This document shows positions 30,608 to 41,803 of a stretch of DNA of 64,000 bases, one piece after another; the first letter of the stretch is position 1; each line of letters opens with the position of its first letter. The position numbers and the translations under genes were made by a program. The stretch comes from an uncultured Poribacteria bacterium (GTDB lineage: Bacteria > Poribacteria > WGA-4E > WGA-3G). The stretch lies in assembly GCA_951813565.1 (NCBI GenBank), contig OX638351.1, positions 2,848,001-2,912,000 on the forward strand, in the 5' to 3' direction. The notes beneath the pieces were generated by a model. It was not told where the DNA came from. It made no database searches and worked only from the letters and a program-made list of their open reading frames with translations.

Positions 30608-31420
30608 CTATTTAGCTAAAAGATAGTTGATGATTATCTCTGCCGCAACTTCCCCTTTCGGATTATCCCCATGATGTGTTTGGTGGACCATTGCAAGTCT
30701 ACCGCGATCTCCATCGCGAAGAATTATCGGGTCTGCCAATGTCGCTTGAATATCCCCGGTATCACTTGCAAATATTTTTTCAGCATACCATTCAGAGCCG
30801 AGTTGTTCCAAAGGAAAGGGTCTGTCCGATTCAAAATTGACTAAACTTGGGGTTAATGTGCTGCCGCTTTCAGTGGCATGCATAAATAGGTTCTCAAAAT
30901 GCTCAACATTAATATCAATATTGGGAAGGTCCATAAGGTTTTGCAGAGGAGCCTTGTAGTTGGGTGTGCCATCTGAACTGTAATAGCCTAAATAATCTGC
31001 ATGATTCAAAATCGTATCGCCATCCGTTGTTTCAATCCAGTTTTCAACGATTGATCCGTCGGGTTCGGTATTCCCTGGGGCATAGATTGATGTTGGTAAA
31101 ATCCCGTAAAGGATGCAGACATTCACTGCACCATTCGCAGTTGTTTCAGACATCCAATTCCTAAGGGTTTCTTCGCTTTCTGTCATTGCTGCACGAATTC
31201 CATTGGATTCTAATAGGTATTTTGTCGTTTTTGCTTCAACTCTTGCATTTTCCAATGTTATCCACGAGGCACTACCTGTATAAATCAATACATCCACTGG
31301 TTTTGCATTCAATACACCAGACACAACAGGTATCGGCTTTTTTTGAACTTTCGTGCAACTCACAAAGAAAACCGTCCAACCAATTAGGAAGATAATAACT
31401 ATCCATCGGTATTTCCGCAT
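30608..31420 (-). CDS. Putative lipoprotein, paralog B
   Basis: Start MRKYRW matches paralog A MQKYQW; lipobox FVSC. Confidence 0.75.
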   Translation of the reverse strand: MRKYRWIVIIFLIGWTVFFVSCTKVQKKPIPVVSGVLNAKPVDVLIYTGSASWITLENARVEAKTTKYLLESNGIRAAMTESEETLRNWMSETTANGAVNVCILYGILPTSIYAPGNTEPDGSIVENWIETTDGDTILNHADYLGYYSSDGTPNYKAPLQNLMDLPNIDINVEHFENLFMHATESGSTLTPSLVNFESDRPFPLEQLGSEWYAEKIFASDTGDIQATLADPIILRDGDRGRLAMVHQTHHGDNPKGEVAAEIIINYLLAK

Positions 31421-31449
31421 TTGTAATTCTCCTGAAGTATAACGTGATT

Positions 31450-31725
31450 TATAGTGAACTTTGAAATTATTGGGACACTTTGATAAACTTGTCTTGGAAA
31501 GATAATGGACAATAGAAGTTGTAGCACAAACTTTTAGTTTGTGCCTTATGAGACGCAAACTAAATGAAGATTAATTTTTTAATTCGGTAATTTTCTGTCC
31601 GCACAAAGCAGGTGTACCCACCTGCTGGCGAGGTTTCCTAACCTCGCTAAATTACCGAATTATTTTCTTAAACTTCATAAAGTTTGCGCTACAGAAGTGT
31701 CCCATTAATTATAGGTTTTACTATA
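31450..31725 (+). mobile_element. MITE with a nested insertion
   Basis: Ends TATAGTGAAC..GGGACAC / GTGTCCC..GTTTTACTATA; inverted copy at 42405-42708. Confidence 0.75.
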
Positions 31726-31900
31726 GATAAAACCGAAGTTCTTGCTAATCCTATAATTTTCACAGACTATACGAACCCTTAAATTGTATTGTTTATATTC
31801 ACTATAATTTGAAAAATTCTTGTCTCGTGGAAGTTGAGTTTCAACAGAAAATCTATTTTTGGACGAGTTTCGCATATCAGTGGAACACCGCGAAAATGCC

Positions 31901-32051
31901 ACACTCCAGCGGAGTGTTATGTCTATAGAAAACGGTATACACACATTCTCGCACTCCAGCGGAGTGCTATGTGTCGAAATCACGGACCGCTCCGCTGGAG
32001 CGGATATGTCGGTTCATAATGGGCTATAAACATATTGCTCCGCTGGAGCAA
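31901..32051. repeat. Cluster of four REP-like palindromes
   Basis: CACTCCAGCGGAGTG twice and GCTCCGCTGGAGC twice. Confidence 0.65.
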
Positions 32052-32337
32052 AGAGAGTTTCCTTTTGCCTGTCGTGCGTTGATTTAGCAACATAAGTCGT
32101 GAACCAATTTCTTATATCAACTCACGTTTGAAAAATTATCCAAACTATAGAATATTCAACAAACATCTTTCTAAGTTTTATCGTATAATTAACACGTCAT
32201 ATATAGAAAGCAGGTTACTAAAATGCGTTGACCCGTCGCACCTTGGAAGCGCGAGGAATTGGGGGAACATCCACCTCTACCTATATTGGAACCTGCAGTT
32301 GTTGTACTTGACGGTCTGTTTCACAATACTATTTCAG

Positions 32338-33678
32338 TTATTTAGGAGTAATCCGCAGAACTTGACCGTTTGCTCCACCAATAACGATGCTACCGTCTGT
32401 AGGATGGACGGTTAGTGAGTATGCCCAACCGTTTAAGGCAGGAATTTCATCTGTAACCTCTACCAAATCTGGGTCAATGATACGGATACGCCCATCGGTA
32501 CAGGAGGCAACAACCTTTGATCCGTCATTCAACCATGCCACGTCCAGTGGTGCTACCTTGAACCGTGCAAACTTTACCATACGACCAATAGTTGGCTGCC
32601 AGAAGCGAACGGTACGGTCGTCACCTGCAGAGACTATCACGGGAAGCCTTGCCTCACCCGGACGCAGCGCAAGGTCATGCACGGGCAGCGTGTGATTGTT
32701 CATACTTCGGATTAACTCCCCCGATGTCAAATCCCAAACGCGGACACTCTGATCTATCCCTGTGCTTACGAGCATATCTTTATCATTCAGGAAACAGAGA
32801 GATGATACCCCTTTTGAATGCCCTTGCAGGTCTTGAATCGGAGTTCCGGTGTGTAAGTCCCAAAGAATAATGCGCCGGTCTAAGCTCGCTGATGCAAGGA
32901 CTGATACATCTCGCCACGCCACTGCCGTGACTGAATCACGATGCTTTTTAAGAACACGGAGCGATTTTGCTTCAGGCCACGAAAAAATCTCTACGATACC
33001 CTCAATTGCAGGATTCCCGCCACCAACTGCCAACCTATCGCCGCTCGGCGAAAAAGCAAGATCGTGAACGTTTTTGGCTTGCACTTTAATCATCTTCTGT
33101 AGGTTGAGTGTTGGCCAATCGTAAACGTGCAACCCTGCTTGCGAACATGCCATGACAGATTTTCCATCATGAGAAAATGCAAGAGAGGTAATTGGTGGCA
33201 TGATGGGAGGTTGGTGGGGATTGCTATTGGCACTTGATGGTTTGTGCTGCGATTGATTTCCTTTCCAATTACCGTAGTTTGCTCCACCTTTAATCCACTT
33301 TCGGATAAGGTCAATCTGCTGCTCTGTTAAGGGGTTGGCTTCTTCTGACGGTGGCATTATACCGGTTTCACCTTCAGGTAAGGTAATACGTTGGTAGAGA
33401 AGGGAATCATCAGGTTCACCTGCGATAATTACCTCTCCGTTCCTGCTCTCCTCAATACCTTTCACCCTATCCAGTTGGACATCACCTTTCGGCTTCGTGA
33501 CGTTCCCATCGGAATCTGTCTTTGGCGCACTATGGCAACTGAAGCAACGATTCTGAAGGATAGGCAAAATCTGTTTCTCAAAATCAATTTCAGTTTTGGG
33601 ATCTGCCGAGATAGCAGGTGCCGCAGACATCAGGATAAATATAAAAGCTACTAAATTCAGACACCTTTCAAGATTCAT
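32338..33678 (-). CDS. Planctomycete-type cytochrome c domain plus WD40 repeat protein
   Basis: Signal peptide; F..QILPIL..RCFSCH, MPP, WIKGGA; GH..WD repeats. Confidence 0.85.
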   Translation of the reverse strand: MNLERCLNLVAFIFILMSAAPAISADPKTEIDFEKQILPILQNRCFSCHSAPKTDSDGNVTKPKGDVQLDRVKGIEESRNGEVIIAGEPDDSLLYQRITLPEGETGIMPPSEEANPLTEQQIDLIRKWIKGGANYGNWKGNQSQHKPSSANSNPHQPPIMPPITSLAFSHDGKSVMACSQAGLHVYDWPTLNLQKMIKVQAKNVHDLAFSPSGDRLAVGGGNPAIEGIVEIFSWPEAKSLRVLKKHRDSVTAVAWRDVSVLASASLDRRIILWDLHTGTPIQDLQGHSKGVSSLCFLNDKDMLVSTGIDQSVRVWDLTSGELIRSMNNHTLPVHDLALRPGEARLPVIVSAGDDRTVRFWQPTIGRMVKFARFKVAPLDVAWLNDGSKVVASCTDGRIRIIDPDLVEVTDEIPALNGWAYSLTVHPTDGSIVIGGANGQVLRITPK

Positions 33679-33697
33679 ACTAATTTCCTTTAACCTG

Positions 33698-35911
33698 CTA
33701 ATTATTATTCACAAATTCATTGCAGGTTAGCAAACTCCATACCATATCTTCAAGGACTGCTCGTTGTGAATTGGCGGATGTGTTGACATCAATGTGCTGT
33801 TTCCAAAACTGCTGCTCAGTATCCGTTGGCTGCCGACTTAACGCTGCGAGATAAAATTCATTCACAATTTCCATCGGGGATTTCCCATCCGACATCAGTT
33901 TATCAAGTCGACTATCCGGAACACCGATGCGGGCATTGAGAAGGTCGCCATTGAACAGGTGCAGTTTACGTTGAAGTCCATCCGTTGCTTCAGTAGAAGT
34001 CTCGCATGAAGTTTTACGTGAACATCTGCCAAGAATATCCAGTGCGTCGGATTCAGTATTCGGATTAAACAGAGAGATAGCACGGGTGCCTTCCGGTTCA
34101 TCACCATAAATATCAGGTACACCGAGCACATCTGATATAGCATCTGCCAACACCTCTGGCGCAAGCGGTTTTTGTAGTGCATGAGAATAGAAGCGATCAT
34201 CTGCCTTGTTTTGCGGAAGCGCATTTGAACTACGCGCGTAAGCCTCACTAAGCGCGATGCGCTTGAGCGTGCGACGCAGATCGTAGCCGTGCGCCACAAA
34301 ATCGTCCGCTAACGTTGTCAGCAATTCAGGATGCGTAGCAGGATTAGTAGACCGAAAATCGTCAACAGGTTCAACTAACCCACGCCCCATCATTGCCTTC
34401 CATAACCGATTGACAATCGCTTTGGCGAAATATGGGTTATCGGAACTTGTTAGCCAGTCCACCAATTCGAGACGACCATCAGCGACATCGGTAGGCAGAA
34501 ACCGATTGCCGGGAATCCGCGGCACTGCTTTTTCGCGTGTGGCTGGATGGAGAACCTCACCAGAAGGTTTTACTTTGACGATCTGATCGCCTTCTATTTT
34601 GGCAAAGATCGCTGCTAACCCGTGGTAATCGTCCTGTGTCCACTTGTCAAGTGGATGACTATGGCAATTGGCGCATCGCAGCCGTGCTCCCATGAAGAGT
34701 TCACTCATGAATTCTGCTTGTTCACGCGGACCATTGACGGTGCGGTAAAAATTCGCCGGACCAACTTCGTGAGAATCACCTATTGCCAAAATAACCGAGC
34801 GCGCCATTTGGTCATATCCAATACCGTCCCGAATCTGTAGGGAAAGCCATTGATGGTAGACAAACGCGCCTTGTGTGTTTCTATCACGTGCACCTATCCG
34901 CAGCAGTTTTGCTAATTGCAGTGTCCAGTACTCGTTAAATTCATTTGACTGAAGTAAGGTATCAACCAATGTTTCCCGTTTATCTGTATTTGAATCTGTG
35001 AGGAATCGGGTTGCTGCGTCTGGTGTGGGAATGCGTCCTGTGAGATCAAGCGTCACTCTACGTAGGAAAGTGGCATCATCAACAGTTGGTGACACAGGCA
35101 GCCGAAGCGTTGATAGCAATTTGAGGATTTCACTATCAATATTTGGAGGCGTGTGCGTTTCGCCACTTTTTTTGTTATTTTGTATGGGAACTTCGTTTAA
35201 AGGTGCAATGAGTTCAATCGGGACTACCTCCGTGAGATAGCGAGCAATAATGATGTGCCGACCACGGCGATGCAATTTGGCTACGGCAGTAGACGCATCA
35301 ATTTCAATCGCTGAACTGTCCTCTGGCGTAAAAACAGTCCATCGTGTTACATCTCTTTTCGTTCCATCTGAAAAATGAGCATCTGCGTGCAATTGAATGG
35401 GACTCTCAAGATTCGCTATCACCTGTTTTTGTGGTGATATTTCAACGCGTTCCAAACGACGCAGCGTTTCATAGGATGCACCTTGTTGGATCCAGTTGCG
35501 GAGTAATAACGCACCTTCCCCATTTTCGTCCAACACATGACCACCGCCATGGTTAGTTTGCGCTGTCGGTTTTAGAATCACAAGGCTCTCTTCTGGGTGC
35601 ATCAGATTGATACGCCTGCCCGCGAGTTGTCGAACAATTGCCTTATAGTCCGCTTGTAGGTTACCGCCAAAGAGCGATAACTTGAACTCTCCTCTACCAG
35701 CCGCTGAACCATGACATGCCCCCGAATTACACCCAAACTTTGTAAAAATCGGTATCAAGTCATTTTCAAAGTCAACACGGTCAGACGATTGTGATGCAGC
35801 AAAATTAGTCTGATCGTTGTTTGCAAAGGATACATTCTGGTAGATTTGACCGCACAAGAATAGTACGGCTGACAGCGCGAATAAGTTGAGAGTAAATCGG
35901 ATTACTTTCAT
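33698..35911 (-). CDS. DUF1549/DUF1553 (PSCyt2/PSD1) protein
   Basis: GCNSGACHG, FLRRVTLDLTGRIP, RCANCHSHP, VNRLW..MGRGLVEPVDD, HPELL. Confidence 0.9.
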   Translation of the reverse strand: MKVIRFTLNLFALSAVLFLCGQIYQNVSFANNDQTNFAASQSSDRVDFENDLIPIFTKFGCNSGACHGSAAGRGEFKLSLFGGNLQADYKAIVRQLAGRRINLMHPEESLVILKPTAQTNHGGGHVLDENGEGALLLRNWIQQGASYETLRRLERVEISPQKQVIANLESPIQLHADAHFSDGTKRDVTRWTVFTPEDSSAIEIDASTAVAKLHRRGRHIIIARYLTEVVPIELIAPLNEVPIQNNKKSGETHTPPNIDSEILKLLSTLRLPVSPTVDDATFLRRVTLDLTGRIPTPDAATRFLTDSNTDKRETLVDTLLQSNEFNEYWTLQLAKLLRIGARDRNTQGAFVYHQWLSLQIRDGIGYDQMARSVILAIGDSHEVGPANFYRTVNGPREQAEFMSELFMGARLRCANCHSHPLDKWTQDDYHGLAAIFAKIEGDQIVKVKPSGEVLHPATREKAVPRIPGNRFLPTDVADGRLELVDWLTSSDNPYFAKAIVNRLWKAMMGRGLVEPVDDFRSTNPATHPELLTTLADDFVAHGYDLRRTLKRIALSEAYARSSNALPQNKADDRFYSHALQKPLAPEVLADAISDVLGVPDIYGDEPEGTRAISLFNPNTESDALDILGRCSRKTSCETSTEATDGLQRKLHLFNGDLLNARIGVPDSRLDKLMSDGKSPMEIVNEFYLAALSRQPTDTEQQFWKQHIDVNTSANSQRAVLEDMVWSLLTCNEFVNNN

Positions 35912-35928
35912 TTTAACGCTCCATAAAT

Positions 35929-37329
35929 CTAAGCAATTAATTCTGAAACGACGTTTGCCCCATCAGGTGCGACGCGGACAGGGCGACCATCACTGGTATG
36001 CAGCTCCAAGCCAGGGTCAATACCGAGTAGTGTATAGATTGTCGCTGACAGATCCGAAGGTGTCACCGGACGTTCCTTTGGAAATTCGCCGAGCACATCG
36101 CTGCTGCCGACGATCTGTCCGCCTTGCACGCCGCCCCCAGCCAACATCACGCTGAACACGTTAGGCCAATGATCACGTCCACCTTGCGAGTTAATTTTCG
36201 GTGTGCGACCAAACTCACCCATAACTACCACAAGTGTTTCATTTAACATACGTCGGTCAGTAAGGTCTTGGATTAGCGCGCTCAGTGCCTTATCAAGTGA
36301 TGGTAGATGTGCATTTCGGTCTGTCGGGTAACGTTCTTTAAGTGTGAAGATATCCTGATGCGTGTCCCACCCTGCATGATTGACAGTTACGAATGGCACA
36401 CTTCTCTCAACAAGCCTTCGTGCCAACAAACAACTCAGTCCTATTCCGTTTACGCCACCTATGCCATATCGATGGCGCACCTCTTGAGGTTCCTCGGAAA
36501 GCGTGAATGCCGCTTTGGCTTCGGGCGATGTAATAAGATTGTAGGCGCGTTCCAACTCCGGGTCTGATACTGTTGATGCGCCAGCGTCTTTAGCACTACT
36601 AAATTCGTTAAGTGCGTTGACAAATTGTCTTCGTCGCGAAAGACGATCGATATCAATACCTTGATAAAAATCAAGGTCGCGCACCTTAAAGCCGCCATTA
36701 CTCCCCTTAAAGTCATCTTTATTAGGATTGCCACCAACAGAAAACGGACGTGTGGCACTTGGCAGATATCCGTTACCTGATACTTCACGGGTGAAGTTAG
36801 GAACTGCAATGTTGGGTGGCAAAGCAGTGGTCACAGCGTTATTTTCAGTAGCAGTAATCGGAGAGTCTTTGCTACTTTGAGACCTGATAAAAGCAAGCGT
36901 TGCACCAAAAGTCGGATACTCCAAAGCAGGTGTAGGTTTGTATCCTGTCATCAAATATTGGGTGCCGAGGCTGTGTTCCCCAAGTGGCGAGGTCATTGAG
37001 CGAATGATGGCGATTTTATCCATAATGGCTGCTGTTCGCCCCAAACATTCACTGATACGCACGCCTGTCACATTCGTGGGAATAGTCTTTAGGGGTCCGC
37101 GAACCTCTTGCGGAGCGTCCGGTTTTGGGTCAAAAGTTTCCAGATGACTGGGACCCCCATCAAGCCATATCAGGATACAGGATTTTGCTTTTGCTGTGAG
37201 TGGACTGTTGCTTGCAAAAGCGCGTTGCAGGTGGAAAAAATCGCCTAATCCTAATCCGAGTGCTGCCAATCCACCGACGCGTAGAAAATCACGGCGGCTA
37301 ATACCATCACATCGTTTTACTGCGTTCAT
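35929..37329 (-). CDS. DUF1501 protein with Tat signal
   Basis: SRRDFLR; LDGGPSHLETFDPKP; GWDTH; GEFGRTP..GRDHWP. Confidence 0.92.
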   Translation of the reverse strand: MNAVKRCDGISRRDFLRVGGLAALGLGLGDFFHLQRAFASNSPLTAKAKSCILIWLDGGPSHLETFDPKPDAPQEVRGPLKTIPTNVTGVRISECLGRTAAIMDKIAIIRSMTSPLGEHSLGTQYLMTGYKPTPALEYPTFGATLAFIRSQSSKDSPITATENNAVTTALPPNIAVPNFTREVSGNGYLPSATRPFSVGGNPNKDDFKGSNGGFKVRDLDFYQGIDIDRLSRRRQFVNALNEFSSAKDAGASTVSDPELERAYNLITSPEAKAAFTLSEEPQEVRHRYGIGGVNGIGLSCLLARRLVERSVPFVTVNHAGWDTHQDIFTLKERYPTDRNAHLPSLDKALSALIQDLTDRRMLNETLVVVMGEFGRTPKINSQGGRDHWPNVFSVMLAGGGVQGGQIVGSSDVLGEFPKERPVTPSDLSATIYTLLGIDPGLELHTSDGRPVRVAPDGANVVSELIA

Positions 37330-37474
37330 TTATTCTCCTCATACAATATATGCTTTGATTCACAAAACTCAAGATGCTCATTCGGTCAGACAAAGCCCTC
37401 CTACAAGAATGTGAATCGCTAATTTGACGCTTTTGGGACGGTATGTTGTTACCATCCCAAAAAGTTCCTGAGTC

Positions 37475-40400
37475 TTAATCTTCACCACGTCGCATCTGTT
37501 CACTACCGCTTTCCATAGGCTTATTTTCAGTCTCACTAATTCCGAGCCCAATTTTATCAATACCTGCCTCTTTTGCGATATCCATTACCTTGACGATCTG
37601 TTCGTGAGGCACATCTCGTTCTGATTGGATAATAAGCATAGATTTTTGTTCTTCAGGTAAGTTACGGAGGAACGTAAGCAATTCATCAAACTGTACAACG
37701 GTTCCATCTAAGTGTACAACGGATCCGTTTAATACAAACGTTCCGTTTAAGAGCATTTTACCAGCTTCTTCACCTTCAGCAGGATTTTTAATTTCGATAA
37801 CAGGATTTTTTAGGTTCAACCATTTTTCCAGCGTGGCAGGCTTCACCCCAATTGCCTCTCCGACAGCACCAAGTAAATGAGGGTCGGGACGGAGCATCGG
37901 TTGCGTGAAAGCAAAGTTATAAAGCACTTTTCCATCTTTGGCGATAATAACTGTCTGCGCGACACTTCTATTCAGTCCGTAGCTGCCAGGTCCTTCACGA
38001 CCGTCCAAAGAAATACCGAGTAAGACACCACTTGGAATATGCGGGACTAACTTACTGGCTTGATCCTTCAAGGTATCTGGTGTGTCCCCTAAAAACACAG
38101 CATTTATATGCATTTTCTGTTTAGATTTCTCGGCGATTTGAGCGAGTAAACGTGAAAAACCAACCAACCCACGCAAACCGAGACCGCTTTCGTCCTGTAG
38201 GAAGAGAACAAGTGTTTTTCCCTCTGCCTTGGCGATGACATCGTAAGTTTTGTCTTTAGTTTCACCGTTGATACCTGTAGCCATCAGAGGTGGGAGTTTT
38301 TCGCCGGGTTGCGGTCCAGAGAAAAGATCTTTTTTCTGAGTCTTCTTGAACTCAGCAGGATTTTTTACTTCAATACGATCCCTACGATATCGGTTACGTT
38401 CTTCAGCAGGTGGTAGGGCAATGTCTATTTCCAAATCCGGCTGCTGCTTTAGCAACATGCGGAGGGGCCTCATATCCTGAATCTTAATCGGGTTGTTGGA
38501 AAGCGCTAACCATGTAAGTTGTCTCAGTCCGCTGAGAGGCGTGATGTCGCGAATTTGGTTAGCTTGAAGTCCTAAATATGTCAGCTGTTTCAAGTTTGCG
38601 AGCGGTGTGATATCGCGAATTTGGTTAGCTTGGAGTCTTAAATCTGCTAGCTGTTTCAAGTTAGTAAGCGGTGTGATGTCGTGGATTTGATTTATACTAA
38701 GGTCTAACTCTGTCAACTGTTTCAAGTTTGCGAGCGGTGTAATGTTACTAATTTCATTCATAAAAATCCGTAAACTTTTAAGTTGTGTCAACCCAGTAAG
38801 CGGTGTGATGTCACGGATTAGGTTGTTGTAGAGTGATAACTGTGTAAGTTGTCTTAGTCCGCCGAGAGGCGTGATGTCGCGAATAAGTCCATTATTGTTT
38901 AACCTTAACTTTTTCAACTGCGCTAATCCAGCAAGTGGTTTGATATCTGTAATCCGATTTTCTGAAAGAGATAACTCCGTTAGCTGCGTCAATCCAGCGA
39001 GTGGCGTTATATCCTTGATTTGATTCTGACTATAATCCCCACGAATTATTAAAGTCTTTAACCCCGTTGCTTTTTCCAACCCTGTCAAGTCTCCTATGTT
39101 TTTTTTCAAAGCACGAAGTGTCTCTAATGTTTCCAACTTCTTTTTTGGAATTGGAGCACTTGGATCCAAACCGAGTGCATCCCGCACAACGGCGGCTAAG
39201 TTGGCATCAGGTATTGTTACATTCTCCTGTACGCCGCCGCGCTGCATCCGTTCACCTTCAGCAGGCGCTTCGTTCAGCCATTTCGCTACTGTTTCCGGTT
39301 TTTCCTGAATTACATCTGCTATGGCACCAAGGACATGTGGATCGGCAAAGAGCAAAGGTTGTGTGAAAGCAAAGTTATAAAAAACCTTACTTTCTTTAGC
39401 AATAATAACTGTCTGTGAAACATTGCGATTTAACCCATAACTCCCCGGTCCCTCCCGACCATCCGGAGAAATACCAACTAACACGTTCTCTGGCACATGC
39501 TGTGTAATTTGTTTCAACGCTGCGGGATCATCGCTGAGAAACACAACACTTATCTGTAGTTCTTGCTTAGATTCATTGGAGATTTTATCAACTATACGGG
39601 AAATATCGTACAACCCACGCAAACCTACACCACTTTCGTCTTGCAACAGAAGCACGAGCGGTTGTCCACCAGCTTTGGCAATAAAATCGAATGTTTTACC
39701 TTTTGCTGCACCGCTTATCCCGGTTGCCTTCAATGGTGGAAGTTTTTCGCCCGGTTGCGGTCCAGAAAATATCCGTTTTTCATCGGACGTACCGAAATCT
39801 GCTGGGTCAGCAACTTCTACTTGACGGCGATTTTCATATTGGCGTTCTCTGTGCATCATCTGAGCATCATCGTTGGTCTTCTTGAGAAGTTGTTCGCCTT
39901 CTTCCCAAGTGATACCCAGTTTTTTGAGTTTTTCCGCTGCCTTTTTCTTTGATATTCTCCCCTGCTTGAGTTCTGCGCGTAGATTCTCAAAATTTAGGGC
40001 GAGTAACCTTGCGTTAGATTCAGCAACCATTGTCATGTAGCGATTTAATTCTTTATCATTCAGCCACTTCTCCAACGCTGCGGGTTCTACTTCAATCGCT
40101 TGTGCGATGGCACCGAGGAGATGTGGATCAGTATAGAGCATCGGTTGTGTGAAAGCAAAATTGTGTAGTACTTTCCCATCTTTGGCAATAATAATTGTCT
40201 GTGCCACATTGCGGTTCAATCCATAACTCCCTGGTCCTTCACGTCCATCAGGAGATATCCCTGTTAATACCTTATTTGGAATCCCTTTTTTTAACATAGG
40301 TAGAGTATCAAGATCATCTGTAAGGAACACAACACCTATCTGGAGTCCTTGATTAGACACTTCGGTACCCGTTGCCGTGCTATTCCTTTTTTGGAAAGCA

Positions 40401-41803
40401 TTAATTTTAAGGAGCAACTGGGACACGCCAACAAGCCCTTTTACGCCGACGCCATTGGTATTTTGCAAGAACAATACAAGCGGTTTCCCATCCGCCTCAG
40501 CGGTGATATCAAATATCTGACCGTCAAGTTCGCCGTCAGTGCCGGTCACCATCAATGCCGGGAGTTTTTCTCCGGGTTGCGGTCCGGAGAACAAACGGTT
40601 TTCCTGTGATTTAGTAAACGCTGAAGGGTCCAAAACCTTTATGGATTTGTCTTCCTTGTATTCTTTCTTATCCTTCATTTCAGCAAGTTTTTTCTGCTCA
40701 CCACGTTTCTTTTCAACTTTTTCAACCGCTTTTTCCGATTCCTGTGGCGTCTGAGCGAATAGTGAAAGTTGAACAGTTCTCAGCGGAACCAGCTGTGCCA
40801 TCGCAAGCAAAGGGAGACAGGTTAGGAGTAAGGTTACTGCTACTACACGTAAACGTCGTCTTGGTTTTAAGTCAAGTTGTCTATTATTTTTCAAAATGGA
40901 GTTAATTCGAGATTCCAATTCTGACGGCTCATTTAACCCCAAAGTTAGAGGAATAGCCTGTTCTTTATGGTGAACCATATCTAACAAACACTGGGCATAA
41001 TTTTTCCTTGCACCTGTCAATTGGATGACCCAATCATCACAGATTCGTTCCCGGAGATGGACAAGTTTTCGGTTGAGAAAATAGTAAATTGGATGGAAAA
41101 AGAAAATAGCACCAACTATATGAGAAAAGAGATTAGTTAACCAGTCCAATCTTTGCACGTGCGCTAATTCGTGCGCTGCTACCAATTCAAACTGATCTAA
41201 ATTCATCTTTATCGGAATTAGAATGTAAGGTGATAACCAACCAAATGAGATAGGTGATACGACCCGATCTGAGAAGCAAACGGTGACTGGACGATCTATG
41301 TTCAGCTTTTGAGCCAAGCGTTTACAGACTGCCTGATATGAATCATCCGCTACTATTGCAGTACGGCGGAGTCGATGGATTCGATACAAACCAAAAGCAA
41401 CGCGAATCAACATAGCAAGTGTCCCAACAGCCCAAATACAAAGTATTAGATTGGTTGTAGTCCAATTAAAGGAAAACTGGCTTCCAGCAACCGTGTGTGC
41501 TTGGGATTGCATGCCGCTTTCAGTTGTCGTGATCTCCGGCAGGTCTACAGTTTGTGTCATTAAACCTGAAATTTCTACGGGTTGTGCTTTCATCAATTCA
41601 GGTGCCGTGCTACCGATTGAAATTGTTGGCACAAACTGATTCAGAGCAAATAGGATTGGCAAACTGAGTAGAAGCAGTAGCGAAAGCAGATGGGTTGTGC
41701 TGTTGGTGCGGCGAAAACGTCTGGTCACAAGCCATGTTAAACAGCCCAATAATCCCCATTGCCATGAACAGTTAAGTAAAGAAAGCAGGATTTGCTTAGT
41801 CAT
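37475..41803 (-). CDS. BlaR1/peptidase M56 multidomain sensor (3 redoxin-like repeats, LRR array, ExbD-like C-terminus)
   Basis: TM N-terminus, AHELAH, RERICDD; 3x FSGPQPGEKLP..DGREGPGSYGLNR; 22-aa internalin-like LRRs; ERDVPHEQIVKVMDIAKEAGI. Confidence 0.85.
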   Translation of the reverse strand: MTKQILLSLLNCSWQWGLLGCLTWLVTRRFRRTNSTTHLLSLLLLLSLPILFALNQFVPTISIGSTAPELMKAQPVEISGLMTQTVDLPEITTTESGMQSQAHTVAGSQFSFNWTTTNLILCIWAVGTLAMLIRVAFGLYRIHRLRRTAIVADDSYQAVCKRLAQKLNIDRPVTVCFSDRVVSPISFGWLSPYILIPIKMNLDQFELVAAHELAHVQRLDWLTNLFSHIVGAIFFFHPIYYFLNRKLVHLRERICDDWVIQLTGARKNYAQCLLDMVHHKEQAIPLTLGLNEPSELESRINSILKNNRQLDLKPRRRLRVVAVTLLLTCLPLLAMAQLVPLRTVQLSLFAQTPQESEKAVEKVEKKRGEQKKLAEMKDKKEYKEDKSIKVLDPSAFTKSQENRLFSGPQPGEKLPALMVTGTDGELDGQIFDITAEADGKPLVLFLQNTNGVGVKGLVGVSQLLLKINAFQKRNSTATGTEVSNQGLQIGVVFLTDDLDTLPMLKKGIPNKVLTGISPDGREGPGSYGLNRNVAQTIIIAKDGKVLHNFAFTQPMLYTDPHLLGAIAQAIEVEPAALEKWLNDKELNRYMTMVAESNARLLALNFENLRAELKQGRISKKKAAEKLKKLGITWEEGEQLLKKTNDDAQMMHRERQYENRRQVEVADPADFGTSDEKRIFSGPQPGEKLPPLKATGISGAAKGKTFDFIAKAGGQPLVLLLQDESGVGLRGLYDISRIVDKISNESKQELQISVVFLSDDPAALKQITQHVPENVLVGISPDGREGPGSYGLNRNVSQTVIIAKESKVFYNFAFTQPLLFADPHVLGAIADVIQEKPETVAKWLNEAPAEGERMQRGGVQENVTIPDANLAAVVRDALGLDPSAPIPKKKLETLETLRALKKNIGDLTGLEKATGLKTLIIRGDYSQNQIKDITPLAGLTQLTELSLSENRITDIKPLAGLAQLKKLRLNNNGLIRDITPLGGLRQLTQLSLYNNLIRDITPLTGLTQLKSLRIFMNEISNITPLANLKQLTELDLSINQIHDITPLTNLKQLADLRLQANQIRDITPLANLKQLTYLGLQANQIRDITPLSGLRQLTWLALSNNPIKIQDMRPLRMLLKQQPDLEIDIALPPAEERNRYRRDRIEVKNPAEFKKTQKKDLFSGPQPGEKLPPLMATGINGETKDKTYDVIAKAEGKTLVLFLQDESGLGLRGLVGFSRLLAQIAEKSKQKMHINAVFLGDTPDTLKDQASKLVPHIPSGVLLGISLDGREGPGSYGLNRSVAQTVIIAKDGKVLYNFAFTQPMLRPDPHLLGAVGEAIGVKPATLEKWLNLKNPVIEIKNPAEGEEAGKMLLNGTFVLNGSVVHLDGTVVQFDELLTFLRNLPEEQKSMLIIQSERDVPHEQIVKVMDIAKEAGIDKIGLGISETENKPMESGSEQMRRGED

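Noticed and set aside
31901..32051. Spaced palindromic repeats resembling a CRISPR array
   Set aside because: Only four units of 15-17 bp, in two orientations, with irregular spacing and no cas genes; REP-like instead
38510..39020. 66-bp tandem DNA repeats
   Set aside because: Explained by the LRR coding repeats in the M56 protein
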